Assembly: GCA_963782055.1 (NCBI GenBank)
Contig: CAWAIF010000003.1
Coordinates: 4,416,001-4,480,000 of the forward strand
Reading direction: 5' to 3'
Length of the DNA: 64,000 nt
Source: an uncultured delta proteobacterium
GTDB taxonomy: Bacteria > Myxococcota_A > Polyangia > Polyangiales > Polyangiaceae
A program made the translations under genes and the position numbers. Within the stretch, counting starts at the first letter, position 1. Every line of letters begins with the position of its first letter. The notes beneath the pieces were generated by a model. It did not search any database and was not told where the DNA came from. It worked only from the letters and a program-made list of their open reading frames with translations. Shown here piece after piece: positions 50,029-61,467 of the stretch.

Positions 50029-51156
50029 TCAGGGCGCGAGGTCGGCGCAGCGCACGGCGGCGCGCTGGAAACCCAGGAGCGGAAAGAAGACCTCGACGCC
50101 GCAGAAGGTCGCGCCGCTCGGGGTGTCGACGTTGTAGGCGACGACGTTGGCGCGGACGAACGCGATGCGCTCGACGCCGCCGGGGTCGTAGAGCCACGTG
50201 CCGCGTCGGAGGGTGGCCTGGGAGGCGTCGGACATGGTGCCGAAGCCGTCGAGGGAGATCCCGTCGACGCGCTCGAGCACGTCGGGAGCGATGCGCGTCA
50301 CGTCGCGCTCCGCGACCAGGCCCTCGATGCTCGCGCGCTCGCTCGCCGGAAAGCGAACGGCGACGAAGCCGCGCGGGGCGCCTGGCCGCGTGGCGACGTA
50401 CATCCAGCCGTCGCTCGACGTACCGGCGCGAACGACGAGCGACGCGACGGTCGACCCGCTCGGGCTCGCGAGCACCGTCGCGCCGGCTCGCACGCGCGCG
50501 TCGACCGCCGAGCGCGAAGGCGCGTCGGTGGGCGCAAAGAGGTCTCCGAGGTCCGATTTCGCGAGCCAGCCGGCGAAGCGCGCCTCGTCGAGCGTCGCGC
50601 GAACGTGGCGCAGCGCGCCGCGTTCGACGGAGCCGCGGGCGTCGTCGGCCTCGTGGATCTCTTGGACCTCGGCGCCGGGGAGGAGCGTGACGCCAGCGCG
50701 CGGGTCCGCCGCGGCGCAAGGCGCGAGCGCCAGCGTCGTTCGCTGGATGACCGTGAGCCCCAAGCTCGACCGTGGAAACCATGCGAGGGCGCGAAGGCGG
50801 CTCCCCTCCAGGCGAAGGCGAACGGCGGTCCCGTCCGCGGCGATCACGGCGAGCTCGCTCGGCTGCGGCGGGACCGGCTCGCGCTCGGACGACGCGTCGC
50901 CGAGCGCTTCACGCGTCCACGCGTGGCGACGCGGATCGACGAGGTACGCGTGAACGCGCAGCGCGGCGAGATCGCTCCGGAGCGCCTCCTCGGCGCCCAG
51001 GCTCGCGACGTGCACCGGCGAAGGGGCCCTCCGCGCCGCGGAGTCGCACGCGGCCACCTGGTGGACCTCGAGCAGCGGAAGCACGGCGCGCGGCGCCGCC
51101 GGCGGAGTGGCGCAAGCGCCGAGCCCGGCGAGCCCCACGAGGAAGAGCGACTTCAC
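50029..51156 (-). CDS. Lipoprotein
   Basis: Lipobox LGAC, 375 aa. Confidence 0.6.
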   Translation of the reverse strand: MKSLFLVGLAGLGACATPPAAPRAVLPLLEVHQVAACDSAARRAPSPVHVASLGAEEALRSDLAALRVHAYLVDPRRHAWTREALGDASSEREPVPPQPSELAVIAADGTAVRLRLEGSRLRALAWFPRSSLGLTVIQRTTLALAPCAAADPRAGVTLLPGAEVQEIHEADDARGSVERGALRHVRATLDEARFAGWLAKSDLGDLFAPTDAPSRSAVDARVRAGATVLASPSGSTVASLVVRAGTSSDGWMYVATRPGAPRGFVAVRFPASERASIEGLVAERDVTRIAPDVLERVDGISLDGFGTMSDASQATLRRGTWLYDPGGVERIAFVRANVVAYNVDTPSGATFCGVEVFFPLLGFQRAAVRCADLAP

Positions 51157-51292
51157 GCGGAGACGGACAGCTCAGGCCGTCGCGCGGTTCCCGCTCGCCC
51201 GACGGCATGGCCCGGCGGCGTACGAATTTCCTCCCGCGGCGTGTCGATCGGCGAGCGCGCCGTTCGTCGCAAGGGTAGCAAGGAGCACTGCC

Positions 51293-51661
51293 ATGCGTTT
51301 CATGATGATCGTCAAGCCGCCGCCGTACACCGATCGGCCCCCGCCCGAGGAGCTCGAGGCGATGGGGCGCTTCAACGACGAGCTGCGCCGGGCGGGCGTC
51401 CTGGTCGAGCTCAACGGCCTCGAGCCGCCCGACAAGGGCGCGAAGGTGAAGTTCAGCGGCAGCCAGCGGACCGTGCTCGACGGCCCGTTCAGCGAGACGA
51501 AGGAGCTGATCGGCGGGTACTGGATCATCGAGGTGCAATCGAAGGAAGGAGCGGTCGACTGGGCCAAGCGCATCCCGTTCGGCATTGAGGTCCACCCGGG
51601 CCAAGAGGTCGAGGTCGAGATCCGACAGGTGTTCGAGGTCGGTCCGGGGAGGGCGAGATGA
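51293..51661 (+). CDS. YciI-family protein
   Basis: MRFMMIVK, DGPFSETKELIGGYW. Confidence 0.9.
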   Translation: MRFMMIVKPPPYTDRPPPEELEAMGRFNDELRRAGVLVELNGLEPPDKGAKVKFSGSQRTVLDGPFSETKELIGGYWIIEVQSKEGAVDWAKRIPFGIEVHPGQEVEVEIRQVFEVGPGRAR

Positions 51662-52293
51662 TCACCATCACCGCGTTCGATCGGTCGCCCGATGGCGGCA
51701 AAGGCCTCGCACGCGACACGCGGGTGCGCTGGGCCCTCGAGGAGGTCGACCAGCCGTACGACGTTCGGCTCGTCACGTCTTCGGCGATGAAACAGCCCGC
51801 CCACCTCGCGCTGCATCCGTTCGGCAAGATCCCGACGTACGAGGAAGGCTCCCTCGTGCTCTTCGAGACGGGCGCGATCGTCCTTCATCTCGCCCAGAAG
51901 CATCGCGGCCTGCTGCCCGCCGACGCCGACGCGCGAGCCCGTGCCATCGTGTGGATGTTCGCGGCGCTCAACACGGTCGAGCCGCCCATCCTCGAGCTCT
52001 CCATCGCGAAGATTCTCGAGCGCGACAAGCCGTGGGCCGCGGAGCGCTCGCCGCTCGTGAGGGATCGCGTGCGCGACGTGATGCACCGGCTCGCGGCGCG
52101 CCTCGGCGACGCGGAGTGGCTCGATGGCGCATTCTGCGCCGGCGACCTGATGATGGTCTCTGTGCTGCTGCGGCTTCGCCCGTCGGGCATGCTCGACGAG
52201 TTCCCCACCCTCTCGGCCTTCGTCGCGCGAGGCGAAGCGCGGCCCGCGTACCAGCGCGCGTTCGCGGCGCAGCTGGCCGTGAACACCCGCTAG
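51658..52293 (+). CDS. Glutathione S-transferase
   Basis: RVRWALEE, HPFGKIP, LFETGAI, F.AGD. Confidence 0.92.
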   Translation: MITITAFDRSPDGGKGLARDTRVRWALEEVDQPYDVRLVTSSAMKQPAHLALHPFGKIPTYEEGSLVLFETGAIVLHLAQKHRGLLPADADARARAIVWMFAALNTVEPPILELSIAKILERDKPWAAERSPLVRDRVRDVMHRLAARLGDAEWLDGAFCAGDLMMVSVLLRLRPSGMLDEFPTLSAFVARGEARPAYQRAFAAQLAVNTR

Positions 52294-52296
52294 GGT

Positions 52297-52396
52297 GCGC
52301 ATGGGCAATGCTCGCGCGGTCGGGCGCGAAGGTCTACGAAAGCCCTCTGGTGCGAAGTGGGGCCGTCCGGTCTCGCTGGAAGGACGGACCAGGGTA
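52297..52396 (-). repeat. Full-length diverged 100-bp unit, reverse
   Basis: dif-like core decayed to ACTTCGCACCA GAGGGC TTTCGTAGACC. Confidence 0.9.
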
Positions 52397-52486
52397 GCGT
52401 CCGAGCTCCAGCAGCGCGACGGCGTCGGGGCACGTCCGAAGAATGCGAACGTGTGCTGCGTTGACCGGGCGGGTACGCTCCATACC

Positions 52487-53355
52487 GTGGACGACACCGT
52501 CGACGAGCTGGCGAACACCCTTGCCGCGACCCTGACCGTCGGGAGCCCCGTGGACGTCAAGGGCACGCTGGTGCCGGTGCGCGTCCGCCCGAGCCGCGCC
52601 ATCGCCGCGGCATCCGGCATCGACCTGGGCACCACCATCGGCACGGGCGGCATGGGCGTGGTGCGCGAGGGCGTGCAGCGCTCGCTCGAGCGCGTCGTCG
52701 CGGTCAAGACGCTGCGCGACGAGCTGCGAGGGCACACCGAGCCGGCGGCCGAGCTGCTGCGCGAGGCGCGCCTGACCGGCACGCTGGAGCACCCCAACGT
52801 GGTGCCGGTGCACGACGTGGGCGTGGACGAGCACGGGGCGCCGATGATCGTGCTCAAGCGCATCAGCGGCATCACGTGGAGCGAGCTCATCCGCGACGCC
52901 GACCGCGTGCGCGAGCTCGCACCCTCCGGCGACCTGCTGGAGTGGAACTTGCGCACGCTCATGCAGGTGGCGAGCGCCATCCACTTCGCCCACAGCCGCG
53001 GCGTGATCCACCGCGACCTCAAGCCGGACAACGTGATGATCGGGGAGTTCGGGGAGACCTACGTGGTCGACTGGGGGATCGCGGTGCCGCTCGAGGACCT
53101 GAAGGCGGGCGCGACGGCGAGCAGCCCGGCGGGCACGCCTTGCTACATGGCCCCGGAGATGCTCGGCCAGGACGGCCCGCCGCCGCCGTCGGTTGCGACG
53201 GACGTCTACCTGCTCGGGGGGGTGCTCTTCGAGATCGTCAGCGGGCATCCTCCGCACGACGGTACCGGGCTCGTCGACGTGCTGCGCAAGATCCTCACGG
53301 TCGACCCCGAGCCGCCCGCGGACGCGCCGGAGGAGCTCGCGGCGATCCTTCGACC
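52487..53355 (+). pseudogene. Ser/Thr protein kinase, 3'-truncated
   Basis: GTGGMGVV, VAVK, IHRDLKPDN, DWG, GTPCYMAPE. Confidence 0.9.
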
Positions 53356-53380
53356 AGCCCCTCCAGGCCGTTCGCGTCGC

Positions 53381-53416
53381 CTTTCGCGCCCGACCGCGCT
53401 AGGATTTCCTATGCGC
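53381..53416 (+). repeat. Partial 100-bp unit (right arm)
   Basis: CTTTCGCGCCCGACCGCGCTAGGATTTCCTATGCGC. Confidence 0.9.
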
Positions 53417-53454
53417 CAGGTCCAGGAACGCTTCGGTTGAGCGAGGTTCTTGCC

Positions 53455-55300
53455 ATGCTCGATCGATTGAACGCGGTGCCATGGGATACGCTGGCCACGG
53501 TCTACCAGAGAGGTTCCGACCTTCCGAAGCTGCTGAAGAAGCTGACGTCGCGATCGGAATCGGTGCGACAGCAGGCCATGTTCGACCTACGTGAGGAGCT
53601 GTTGCACCAGGGCCACGTGATGCCCGAGGCCGCGGCGGCGGTGGCACCGTTTCTGATGGAGTTCGTCCAGGCTCCGAAGATGTCGGAGCGTGCCGCCGCT
53701 CTCCGCATGCTGGCGGATATGGCCGCGTGGGGATCGACGTTCCACTATCTCACTGGTGCCGTTGGTGAGCCCTTCCGCGACCTGATTGCTTCCGTCATCG
53801 ATCCCCATCCGCAGGCCTGGCGCTCGCTGCTGCGCGACGCGGATCCACGCGTGGTCGCGGCGACGACGGCGGTCGTCGCATTCGCGAGCAGCGGTGGCGA
53901 TTGGGTCGAGCCGCTGAGCCAGCTCGCCTCATCGGGCGATCCCCTGGTGCGCTGCAGCGCCCTGCTCGCGCTCCACGTGCTCGGCAAGCGCGGCGTCAAC
54001 GTGGAGGCGGCGCCCTTTGCGGCCGCGATGTCCAGCTCCGATCGCCTGGTCGAGAGCGCGGCGCTGATCGGGCTGACGCGCGCCGATCCCTCCCGGTTGG
54101 ACGACGAAGCGTTTCTCCAAGCCGCCGAACTCGCCGAGCCGAGGCCGCCAGTGGAGGGCCTCCCTTGGGGCGACGGACACCTCGACCATCTGGTGGCCCA
54201 GGCGGTCTCGGCCGTCGCGTTGGCGGCGCAGCGTTTGGACGTCGTCTGGCTCTTCATCGACGCTCGCTCTGGCGCGCTCCTGGGCTCCCACGAGCTCGCG
54301 GCCGAGCTGGTGGCTCGACAGAATCGCGCCCTGGGACGGCCCGCGCCTGCGTCGCGCCGACGACCTCGCACCGGCGGAACGCGAGCTCCTGGTTGAGTTG
54401 GCGCGACGCGGCATGCTGACGCGTGCCATGGAACCTGTCCTCCACAGAGCGGGGCTCTTCCCTTCCCTCGCGCCGCTGGCCAGGCTCCTGGGCGTGGCGG
54501 GCCAGGGGCCCCTCGACGCGATTGTGGACACCGAGCCACTTTGGCGCAGCTTCAACGATCATCTCAACGGTCGCCTCGGCATGGCCGAGCTCGAGAAGAG
54601 CGTGGACCACATGGCATGCGAAGCCGACGATCTCTTCGAGCTGATGTTCGACGTGGTCACAGGGTACCCCGTGGCGCTCCTGTGGCCGATCTCGGAGCGC
54701 GGCGACGCGAACCTCGCGGGCGGATGCGAGGTGGCATCGTCGTTACTTGCCCGAGGGATCTCCCGAGAACGGATCGCGGCCGAGCTTCGCGAACCACGCA
54801 CGGGCAAGCCCCAACACCCTCTCGTTCACCTCTGGGTTACCGCTCTGCTGCTCGCGCTCGCGAGAACGTCCGACGCGGAACTCCTCGTCCGCGACCCGGA
54901 ACTCCACGAGCGCTTCCTCCATGCCGCCGACACCACCGCCTCGTGGTCGATCGAGATCGCTCGGCGCGTGGTGGAGCTGCAGAGCGCGGATCTGCGCTGG
55001 CAGCTGGTCAAGACGCTCCCCTTCTACCAGCACTGGAGCTCCCTCGATCGCAGGCGGGTCGTCCGCGGCGCCTGGAGCTTCACCGATTTCGTGCCAGCAG
55101 TGCCGGAAGCGGCGGAATGGCTGCTCGACGCACTCGAACAGTGCGAGCCGGAAGCGACCCCCATCGACAGGCTCGCAGAAGGCATCGCGCATCTCGGCGA
55201 GGCCTGGACGCAGGCATTCGACCAGCGGCGCTCGCGCCTGGCACCCCACCAGCTCGAAGCGGCGGCGCAGGCGAGACGAGCAATCGGAGCTTCCCGATGA
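53455..55300 (+). pseudogene. HEAT/alpha-solenoid-like protein, frameshift near 54320
   Basis: L..VPW.TL...Y, LLHQG; second frame continues to 55300. Confidence 0.6.
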
Positions 55301-55379
55301 GGCAACGACCAGGTCGCCACGATCGGGCTGGGGCGGAGCCGCTTGAATCGAATGTGGATGTTGTCCTTGCCTGACTGCG

Positions 55380-55530
55380 TTCCGTTCGTAGTTGTCGCTG
55401 GGGTAGTTGTCGTCGTCGAGGCTGTCGGTGCTCCTCTCTTCTTGGCTTGATCCGCCCTCACGCTCCCGCTGGTCATCTCCAGGATGACCGAGTGATGCAC
55501 GAGGCGGTCGATGGCCAGCTTCTCGTGCGC
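55380..55530 (-). pseudogene. IS21 istB 3' fragment
   Basis: AIDRLVHHSVILEM...SVR. Confidence 0.7.
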
Positions 55531-55750
55531 GGGGGCGAGGTCGGCAGAGAAGTCCGCTCCGAGGTTGCGAGTTGCTCGGTCGAATGACGCCAGCACGTCG
55601 TTGACTGCCCATGCCATGTCACCCTCGTGGCTCCTACCACCCTGCGACGAGAGCGCACGTCACTCGGGCGCACCGTCGCCTCCTGAAAGTCGGCCCAGCG
55701 CACCGGAAGTCGTCGCGCGATCGAGCGAGGAGGGGGACATGGTCCCCGTG

Positions 55751-55797
55751 ATGCGAAGTGGGGCCGTCCGGTCTCACCGGAACGACGGACCAGAGTG
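55751..55797 (-). repeat. Partial 100-bp unit (left half), reverse, diverged
   Basis: ATGCGAAGTGGGGCCGTCCGG...GACGGACCAGAGTG. Confidence 0.85.
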
Positions 55798-55829
55798 GGA
55801 GCACGAGCGGCCGCCCGGCGCGCGACGCC

Positions 55830-56306
55830 TCACTTGCTCTGCTTGGTGTACGTCCCGGTGCTGGCCGCGGTGCACCCCGTCCCATCGTCCGCCGCGGATT
55901 CCTTCGACGTCAGCGTCGACTTGTCGTCGCTCAGGGTCAGCGTCCAGGAGTCGAGCTTCACCGTTTCCCCGGCGTCCACCGTGCAACTCTGCCCGGCGCG
56001 TGCCGTCGCGACGTTCCCCGAGAGGTCGAAGTCGAACGGGCAAGGCGTCGTGGAGCTGGAGACCGCGAGCGCCGAGCCCGTGCCTGCGGCGATCACGATG
56101 GTGTGCGCAACGGTGTCCGATTGCAGTCCACCGTCACACATGAACGTCACCGTGTCGGTGCCCTGCCACGTGCCGATGAGCTCGGCTGCGGCGCTGCCGC
56201 CGTCGCCGCTCGCTCCGCCGGGGTCGGTGCTCCCGGAGCTGCCGCAGGCAGCCGAACCGATCACGGCGATCCACGCCGTCACGATCGTCAACGCGATGCG
56301 CTTCAT
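55830..56306 (-). CDS. Lipoprotein
   Basis: Lipobox AAC, LIGTW. Confidence 0.7.
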   Translation of the reverse strand: MKRIALTIVTAWIAVIGSAACGSSGSTDPGGASGDGGSAAAELIGTWQGTDTVTFMCDGGLQSDTVAHTIVIAAGTGSALAVSSSTTPCPFDFDLSGNVATARAGQSCTVDAGETVKLDSWTLTLSDDKSTLTSKESAADDGTGCTAASTGTYTKQSK

Positions 56307-56464
56307 GGTTTCGTCGCTCCTTGTGCTGCGCGGCTGGTCCGCGCGCGCCGTGGCCGTGCGGACCTCCGCAGGTGCGTCGATGCACGCGCGGCTGCCGCAC
56401 GACAACGCCATTAGCAGCGCGCGCGACGAGCGTCACAGCCAAGGGGCTGGACTGGACACATTCG

Positions 56465-57751
56465 TCACGCCGTGCGTTCCCGGAGCAGCACCCCCAGCTC
56501 GATGCGCGTGCCCACGCCGAGCCGCGCGTACGCTCGTCGCAGCTGGTTCGAGACGGTGTACCGTGAGAGCCCGAGCCGCTCGGCGATGTCCCGGTCCCCG
56601 AGGCCGGTGAGCGCAAGCTCCACGGCCCGCTGCTGCGCGGGAGTCAATGCCGCCAGCGCGCCGACAGGCTCTCGGGACGAGGCAGTGTCCAGGTCGAAGG
56701 CCAGGACCGCCACGTCAGGAGCGAGATCATGCGCCCGCAGCCGGCGTGCCGGCATCAGCTCGAGTGCCGCGCCACCCCCGCCGGGCGCCGGGTGGGAGGC
56801 CCGGAACGCTCGCGTCAGGGCGACGTGAGAGGGGAGCGCGAGCTTCCCGAGCGCCGCCGCGAGCTGGTTGGCGACGGTGCTGCGACTCACGCCGAGCGTG
56901 TAACCAATCCACTTCTCGCTGCGGCCGTCGCTCGCGAAGGCGGCGACCAGGGCCTCTCGGGGCGTGAGTGCGCGGCCGTCGCGCGAGGGGCGCGCGTGGG
57001 GCATGGCGATGACGTACCGGCGCCCCGCCGCTTCATGACGATCGATGCAGGACCACGATCCGTGCACGAGACCGCGCCAGACCTCACGAGCACGCTCGTC
57101 GGACGACGCGGGGCCACGCTCGCCCATGTCCACGGCACGGGCCGCGCCGCGCAGTCGCTCCACGACGGAGGGCGCCGGCGCCGGCGTCTCGAGGCAGGGC
57201 GAACCGGTGTCGTCACTCGACGACCTGGCCAGCGCCAGGGCCCTGGTCTGGACACGAAGGGCGCTCTCGAAGCGACGAGAAGCGACCTGCCAGAGCCGAC
57301 CGCTCCAGGGCGTCGCCAGCGGGCGCCGGGTGATCAAGCCGAGGCTCACCCAGAGGTCATTCCCGTCGTGCGCGGTGACGTGCAACATGTCGTGGACGCC
57401 CGCGCGCGTGAAGCGCTGGACGAGTTGCTGGAGGTAGGCGTCACGGTCGGCGGACGAGAGCGTCTGGCGCGTACCACGCGGCCCGTTGGTGGAGAGCAGG
57501 AAGTCCAGCCGGTGCGCGGACCGCAGCCGATGCGTCTCGTAGGCGTCGTGGACGCGAGGGTCGTCGACGTGGATGGCGTAGTCCCCCATGGTCGTTCCCT
57601 GCCGGGCGTCCAGGATCCGCCCGACCGCACCATACTGCTCGGGCAGCAGGGTCGAGGCCCCGGACGTCAGCCCGTCGAGCCACTCCTGCAGGCTGTCCTT
57701 GACGCAGTACGCCGACTGGAGCGCCGCCAGGAAGTCGTGTCGTGCCTTCAT
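56465..57751 (-). CDS. LuxR-family regulator with two HTH domains
   Basis: LTPRE..IGYTLGVSRSTV and LTPAQ..IAERLGLSRYTV. Confidence 0.85.
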   Translation of the reverse strand: MKARHDFLAALQSAYCVKDSLQEWLDGLTSGASTLLPEQYGAVGRILDARQGTTMGDYAIHVDDPRVHDAYETHRLRSAHRLDFLLSTNGPRGTRQTLSSADRDAYLQQLVQRFTRAGVHDMLHVTAHDGNDLWVSLGLITRRPLATPWSGRLWQVASRRFESALRVQTRALALARSSSDDTGSPCLETPAPAPSVVERLRGAARAVDMGERGPASSDERAREVWRGLVHGSWSCIDRHEAAGRRYVIAMPHARPSRDGRALTPREALVAAFASDGRSEKWIGYTLGVSRSTVANQLAAALGKLALPSHVALTRAFRASHPAPGGGGAALELMPARRLRAHDLAPDVAVLAFDLDTASSREPVGALAALTPAQQRAVELALTGLGDRDIAERLGLSRYTVSNQLRRAYARLGVGTRIELGVLLRERTA

Positions 57752-58217
57752 CTCTTCAAGTCGGGCCCCGCGCCTCGTCACGCTCCGGCATGCCCGGTTC
57801 CCCGCGGGATACGGGGCGACTCTAGCGCCGACCAGCTCATCCGCCAATCGTACGCTCCCGCCTCGCGCCCCCCCCGAGTCGAGCGGAGCTCCGTGCCCGA
57901 CGACGCGCCGCATCGTCTCCGGCCCGGTGACGGCCACGAACTCGCCGGCCCAGAGGTCCAGGCTGACGGAGCGGAGGTCGTGCGTGCGCCGCGGCACCGT
58001 CGGGGCTCCCCGAGGGCGAGTCGCTGCACGCAGCGGCGCCGTACCCTTGCTCATCGCGAAGAGCGCGCCTTGGCGTTGCATCATTTACAGTGTATATATT
58101 GCGCGAAGACTCGTCGCGAGTCGCGACCCCGTCTGATCCGGAGCTGCAACGTGCGCGCCAGTTTCGCCTCCTCAACGTTGATGCGCCAGCCGCGGCGCGT
58201 ACGGGTAAGATGACATC

Positions 58218-60251
58218 ATGCCGTCCTGGTCGGCATCTCTCGGGTTTGCTCTTCTCTGCGGCTGCACGCTGCTGACGCCGCTCGACGATCTCGCGTCGGG
58301 CGGCCACGCCGTCGGCGGGACGGTCGACGGTCTCGCCGGCGCCCACGTCGGCGTCGTCCTCAACGGCGGGCCGCCCCTCGACGTCACCGACGGGTCGTTC
58401 ACCTTCCCCGCGCGCCTGGCAGACGGCGCCGCGTACGTGGTCACCGTCTCGAACCCGCCCGCCGCTCACGTCTGCGCGGTGCAGAGAGGCAGCGGCGTCG
58501 TCGCGGGCGCGGACGTCTCGGTGGCCGTTCACTGTCCCTCCACCGTCACCACGCTGAGCGACCTCTCGCTCTCCGCCGGCGCGCTCTCGCCGGCGTTCGA
58601 TCCCGCCGAGCTCACCTACGACGTCGGCCCGATCGACAGCCGCCTGCTCGGCTCGCCCACCACCACGGTCACGGCGACGACGAGCGCCGCGAACGCGACG
58701 CTCACCATCGACGGCGCACCGGCGATCTCGGGCGTCGCGAGCGCGCCGATCGCGCTCGGCCCCGGCGCGAACCCGATCCCGGTCGTCGTCACGACACCCG
58801 ACGGCGCGACCCAGGCGAAGTACGTGGTGACCGCCACGACGTCCCCGCAAGTCGACTACGTCAAGGCGTCGAACACGCGCAGCGGCGACAACTTCGGAAC
58901 GGCGGTCGCGATCGACGGCGATACGCTGGTCGTCGGCGCGGCCAACGAGTCGAGCGGGGCCAGCGGCGTCGGCGCCAACCAGAACGACACCTCCGCGCCG
59001 ATGGCGGGCGCGGTCTACGTCTACGTGCGTGTGGGCTCGACGTGGACGCAGCAGGCGTACATCAAGGCGTCCAACGCGCGTGCCTCGGCGCTGTTCGGGC
59101 GAGCGGTCGCGCTCTCGGGCGACACGCTCGTCGTCGGCGCGCCGGGCGAGTCGAGCAACGCGACCGGGATCAACGGCAACCAGGCCGACACCTCGGCGCC
59201 CAACAAAGGCGCGGCCTACGTCTTCACGCGCACCGGCGCCGTGTGGAAGCAGACCGCGTACCTGAAGCCGTCGAACGCGGGCGGATACTTCGGCGTGACC
59301 GTCGCCCTCTCCGGCAACACCCTCGTCGTCGGCGCGCCGAGCGAGGCGAGCAACGCGCGCGGCGTGAACGGCGACCAGACCAACAGCCTCACGCCTTACG
59401 CGGGCGCTGCGTACGTGTTCGTGTCGTCGAATGGCTCCTGGCAACAGCAGGCGTACCTCAAGGCGTCCAACACCCTCGCGGCGGCAGGCCCAGGCGAGGG
59501 GCTCTTCGGGTGCGACGTCTCTCTCGTGGGCGACACGCTCGCGGTCGGCGCTTACGGCGAGGGGAGCGCCGGCAAGGGTATCGGCGCAAACCAAGACAAC
59601 GACAAATCGTTCAATCAAGCCGGAGCCGTCTACGTGTTCCAGCGCTCGGGCACCGCGTGGGCGCAGCAGGTCTACATCAAACCGTCGAATACCCAGCCCG
59701 ACGAGTGGTTCGGCTGGTCCGTCGCGCTCGACGGCAGCGCCGGCACGCTCTTCGTCGGCGCCGAAACCGAGAGCAGTCACGCGACGGGCGTCAACGGCGA
59801 CCAGGGCGACGAATCGATGCCCGCGGCCGGCGCGGTGTACGTCTTCGTGTCGTCCGGCGGGGCGTGGAAGCAGCAGGCGTACCTGAAGGCCTCCAACACG
59901 CGCGCGAATCAACAGTTCGGACATAGCCTCGCCGTCATCGGCGACACGCTCGTGATCGGCGCCAACGAAGAAGCCAGCAGCGGCGTCGGCGTCGGTGGCA
60001 TCCAGAACGACACCGCGGCCTTCGGCTCGGGCGCGGCGTATTGGTTCGAGCGCGCCGGCACGCAATGGGCGCAGTCCGCGTACATCAAGGCGCCCAACGC
60101 GAGCGCCAACGCGGGGTTCGGGTGGGACATGGCCGTCTCGGGGACGACGCTGGTGATCGCCGCGCGCCTCGAAGCGAGCGCGGCGATCGGTGTGAACGGC
60201 GACGAGAGCGACACCTCGGCCAACGGCGCCGGTGCCGCCTACGTGTACTGA
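58218..60251 (+). CDS. FG-GAP repeat / cadherin-like beta-sandwich lipoprotein
   Basis: Repeats Y.KASN..FG..VA..GDTLVVGA..E, AGAVYV; LSPAFDP. Confidence 0.9.
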   Translation: MPSWSASLGFALLCGCTLLTPLDDLASGGHAVGGTVDGLAGAHVGVVLNGGPPLDVTDGSFTFPARLADGAAYVVTVSNPPAAHVCAVQRGSGVVAGADVSVAVHCPSTVTTLSDLSLSAGALSPAFDPAELTYDVGPIDSRLLGSPTTTVTATTSAANATLTIDGAPAISGVASAPIALGPGANPIPVVVTTPDGATQAKYVVTATTSPQVDYVKASNTRSGDNFGTAVAIDGDTLVVGAANESSGASGVGANQNDTSAPMAGAVYVYVRVGSTWTQQAYIKASNARASALFGRAVALSGDTLVVGAPGESSNATGINGNQADTSAPNKGAAYVFTRTGAVWKQTAYLKPSNAGGYFGVTVALSGNTLVVGAPSEASNARGVNGDQTNSLTPYAGAAYVFVSSNGSWQQQAYLKASNTLAAAGPGEGLFGCDVSLVGDTLAVGAYGEGSAGKGIGANQDNDKSFNQAGAVYVFQRSGTAWAQQVYIKPSNTQPDEWFGWSVALDGSAGTLFVGAETESSHATGVNGDQGDESMPAAGAVYVFVSSGGAWKQQAYLKASNTRANQQFGHSLAVIGDTLVIGANEEASSGVGVGGIQNDTAAFGSGAAYWFERAGTQWAQSAYIKAPNASANAGFGWDMAVSGTTLVIAARLEASAAIGVNGDESDTSANGAGAAYVY

Positions 60252-60417
60252 TCGGCCTGCCCGACGAGGACCATCCCGTTCTCGCGTTGCAGAGGCGGGT
60301 GGCCCATCGCGACCCCGTCCCGATCCCCGATCCGTTGGGTCGAAGGAGTGTCAGCTCCAGCTGAAGACGCGGCAGAGCTCCTCCTCGCGGGCGCGGCTGC
60401 GGCGGGTCATCGGCTCC

Positions 60418-60447
60418 CGCTCGACCGCGTTAGGATTTCCTATGCGC
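60418..60447 (+). repeat. Partial 100-bp unit (right arm)
   Basis: CGACCGCGTTAGGATTTCCTATGCGC. Confidence 0.8.
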
Positions 60448-60538
60448 AACAACGCTAAAACTGTGGACTGAAGTGAGTGAGACGCACCTCCGCCGACAAA
60501 GTCACGCGCGGCGTTGCCGTTTGCCTTAGTGTGTGCAC

Positions 60539-61216
60539 ATGGCATCGGTGGCAACGTTCGGTAGGGGCGTGCTTCACGTCGCGGGCGCGGCGCTCGCGGT
60601 GCCGGCGTGGGTGATGGCGGCGTTCTTCGTCTCGAACGTCTACCGCAACCAGAATCACTATCTGGCCGACGACGTCGCCGGCATCCAAGGGAGCGCGCTC
60701 GGACTCGCTGCGGGAATCGTCATCTGGATCGGCCTCGCGGCGCTGTTCCGCTCGACACCCGGCACGCCGCTCGCCCCCTCGGTGCGAAGCGGCGGCTGGG
60801 GGGCCGCCGTCGGTTTGGCCGCGCTCGCGTTCGTCGGGCTTCTTCTCGTGTCGGCGGTGGTGTGGGCCGTGGCCGGCACGCAGCTCGACCCACTCCCGGT
60901 CGCACACACGCGCGCGCTCCGCGTGAGCGTCGGCGCCGGTGCTATCGAGCTCGGGAGCTTCGTGGTCTGGGTCCTCACAGCTCGCGCCATCGTTCGCTTC
61001 GCACGGACGCCCGCTTCGGTGGACCTCGCGCCGATGCGTCTGGGCTGCGGTGGCGCCGCGCTCATCGCGTGCGGCGCGCTCGCCGGCCTGGTCGCGTTCG
61101 TGAATCGGGGAGGCCTGACCCTTCCCGTCGGTTTCGCCCTCGCATTCGCCCTGATCTCGGGCGGGACCACGCTCGCCGTCCGCGCGACCCGAAGGCGCGC
61201 GCGGACGGTCGAGTGA
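60539..61216 (+). CDS. Membrane protein
   Basis: About 6 hydrophobic segments. Confidence 0.65.
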   Translation: MASVATFGRGVLHVAGAALAVPAWVMAAFFVSNVYRNQNHYLADDVAGIQGSALGLAAGIVIWIGLAALFRSTPGTPLAPSVRSGGWGAAVGLAALAFVGLLLVSAVVWAVAGTQLDPLPVAHTRALRVSVGAGAIELGSFVVWVLTARAIVRFARTPASVDLAPMRLGCGGAALIACGALAGLVAFVNRGGLTLPVGFALAFALISGGTTLAVRATRRRARTVE

Positions 61217-61467
61217 CGCGCGTGCAGCCTCCTCGACACACCGCCGGGCCGGTTGTCATCGACGACTGTCGTCTCACGCCAGGCGCGCGGGAAGTGCTAG
61301 CGCGACCGGGCGCGGTGGACATGCTTACTACGCTCGACGCCATTCGAGACGAGCTCGCAAGCCTTGAGCTCGTCGTCGCCGAGGAGAAGCTCCGCAACGT
61401 CAACGAGCGCACCCTTCACGGCGGGATGAACGCGGTGCTGCAGATCATCGCCCGCAAGCCGCGCTGA
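61213..61467 (+). CDS. Hypothetical protein / fragment
   Basis: GTGA overlap; MLTTLDAIRDELASLE...HGGMNAVLQIIARK. Confidence 0.4.
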   Translation: MTRVQPPRHTAGPVVIDDCRLTPGAREVLARPGAVDMLTTLDAIRDELASLELVVAEEKLRNVNERTLHGGMNAVLQIIARKPR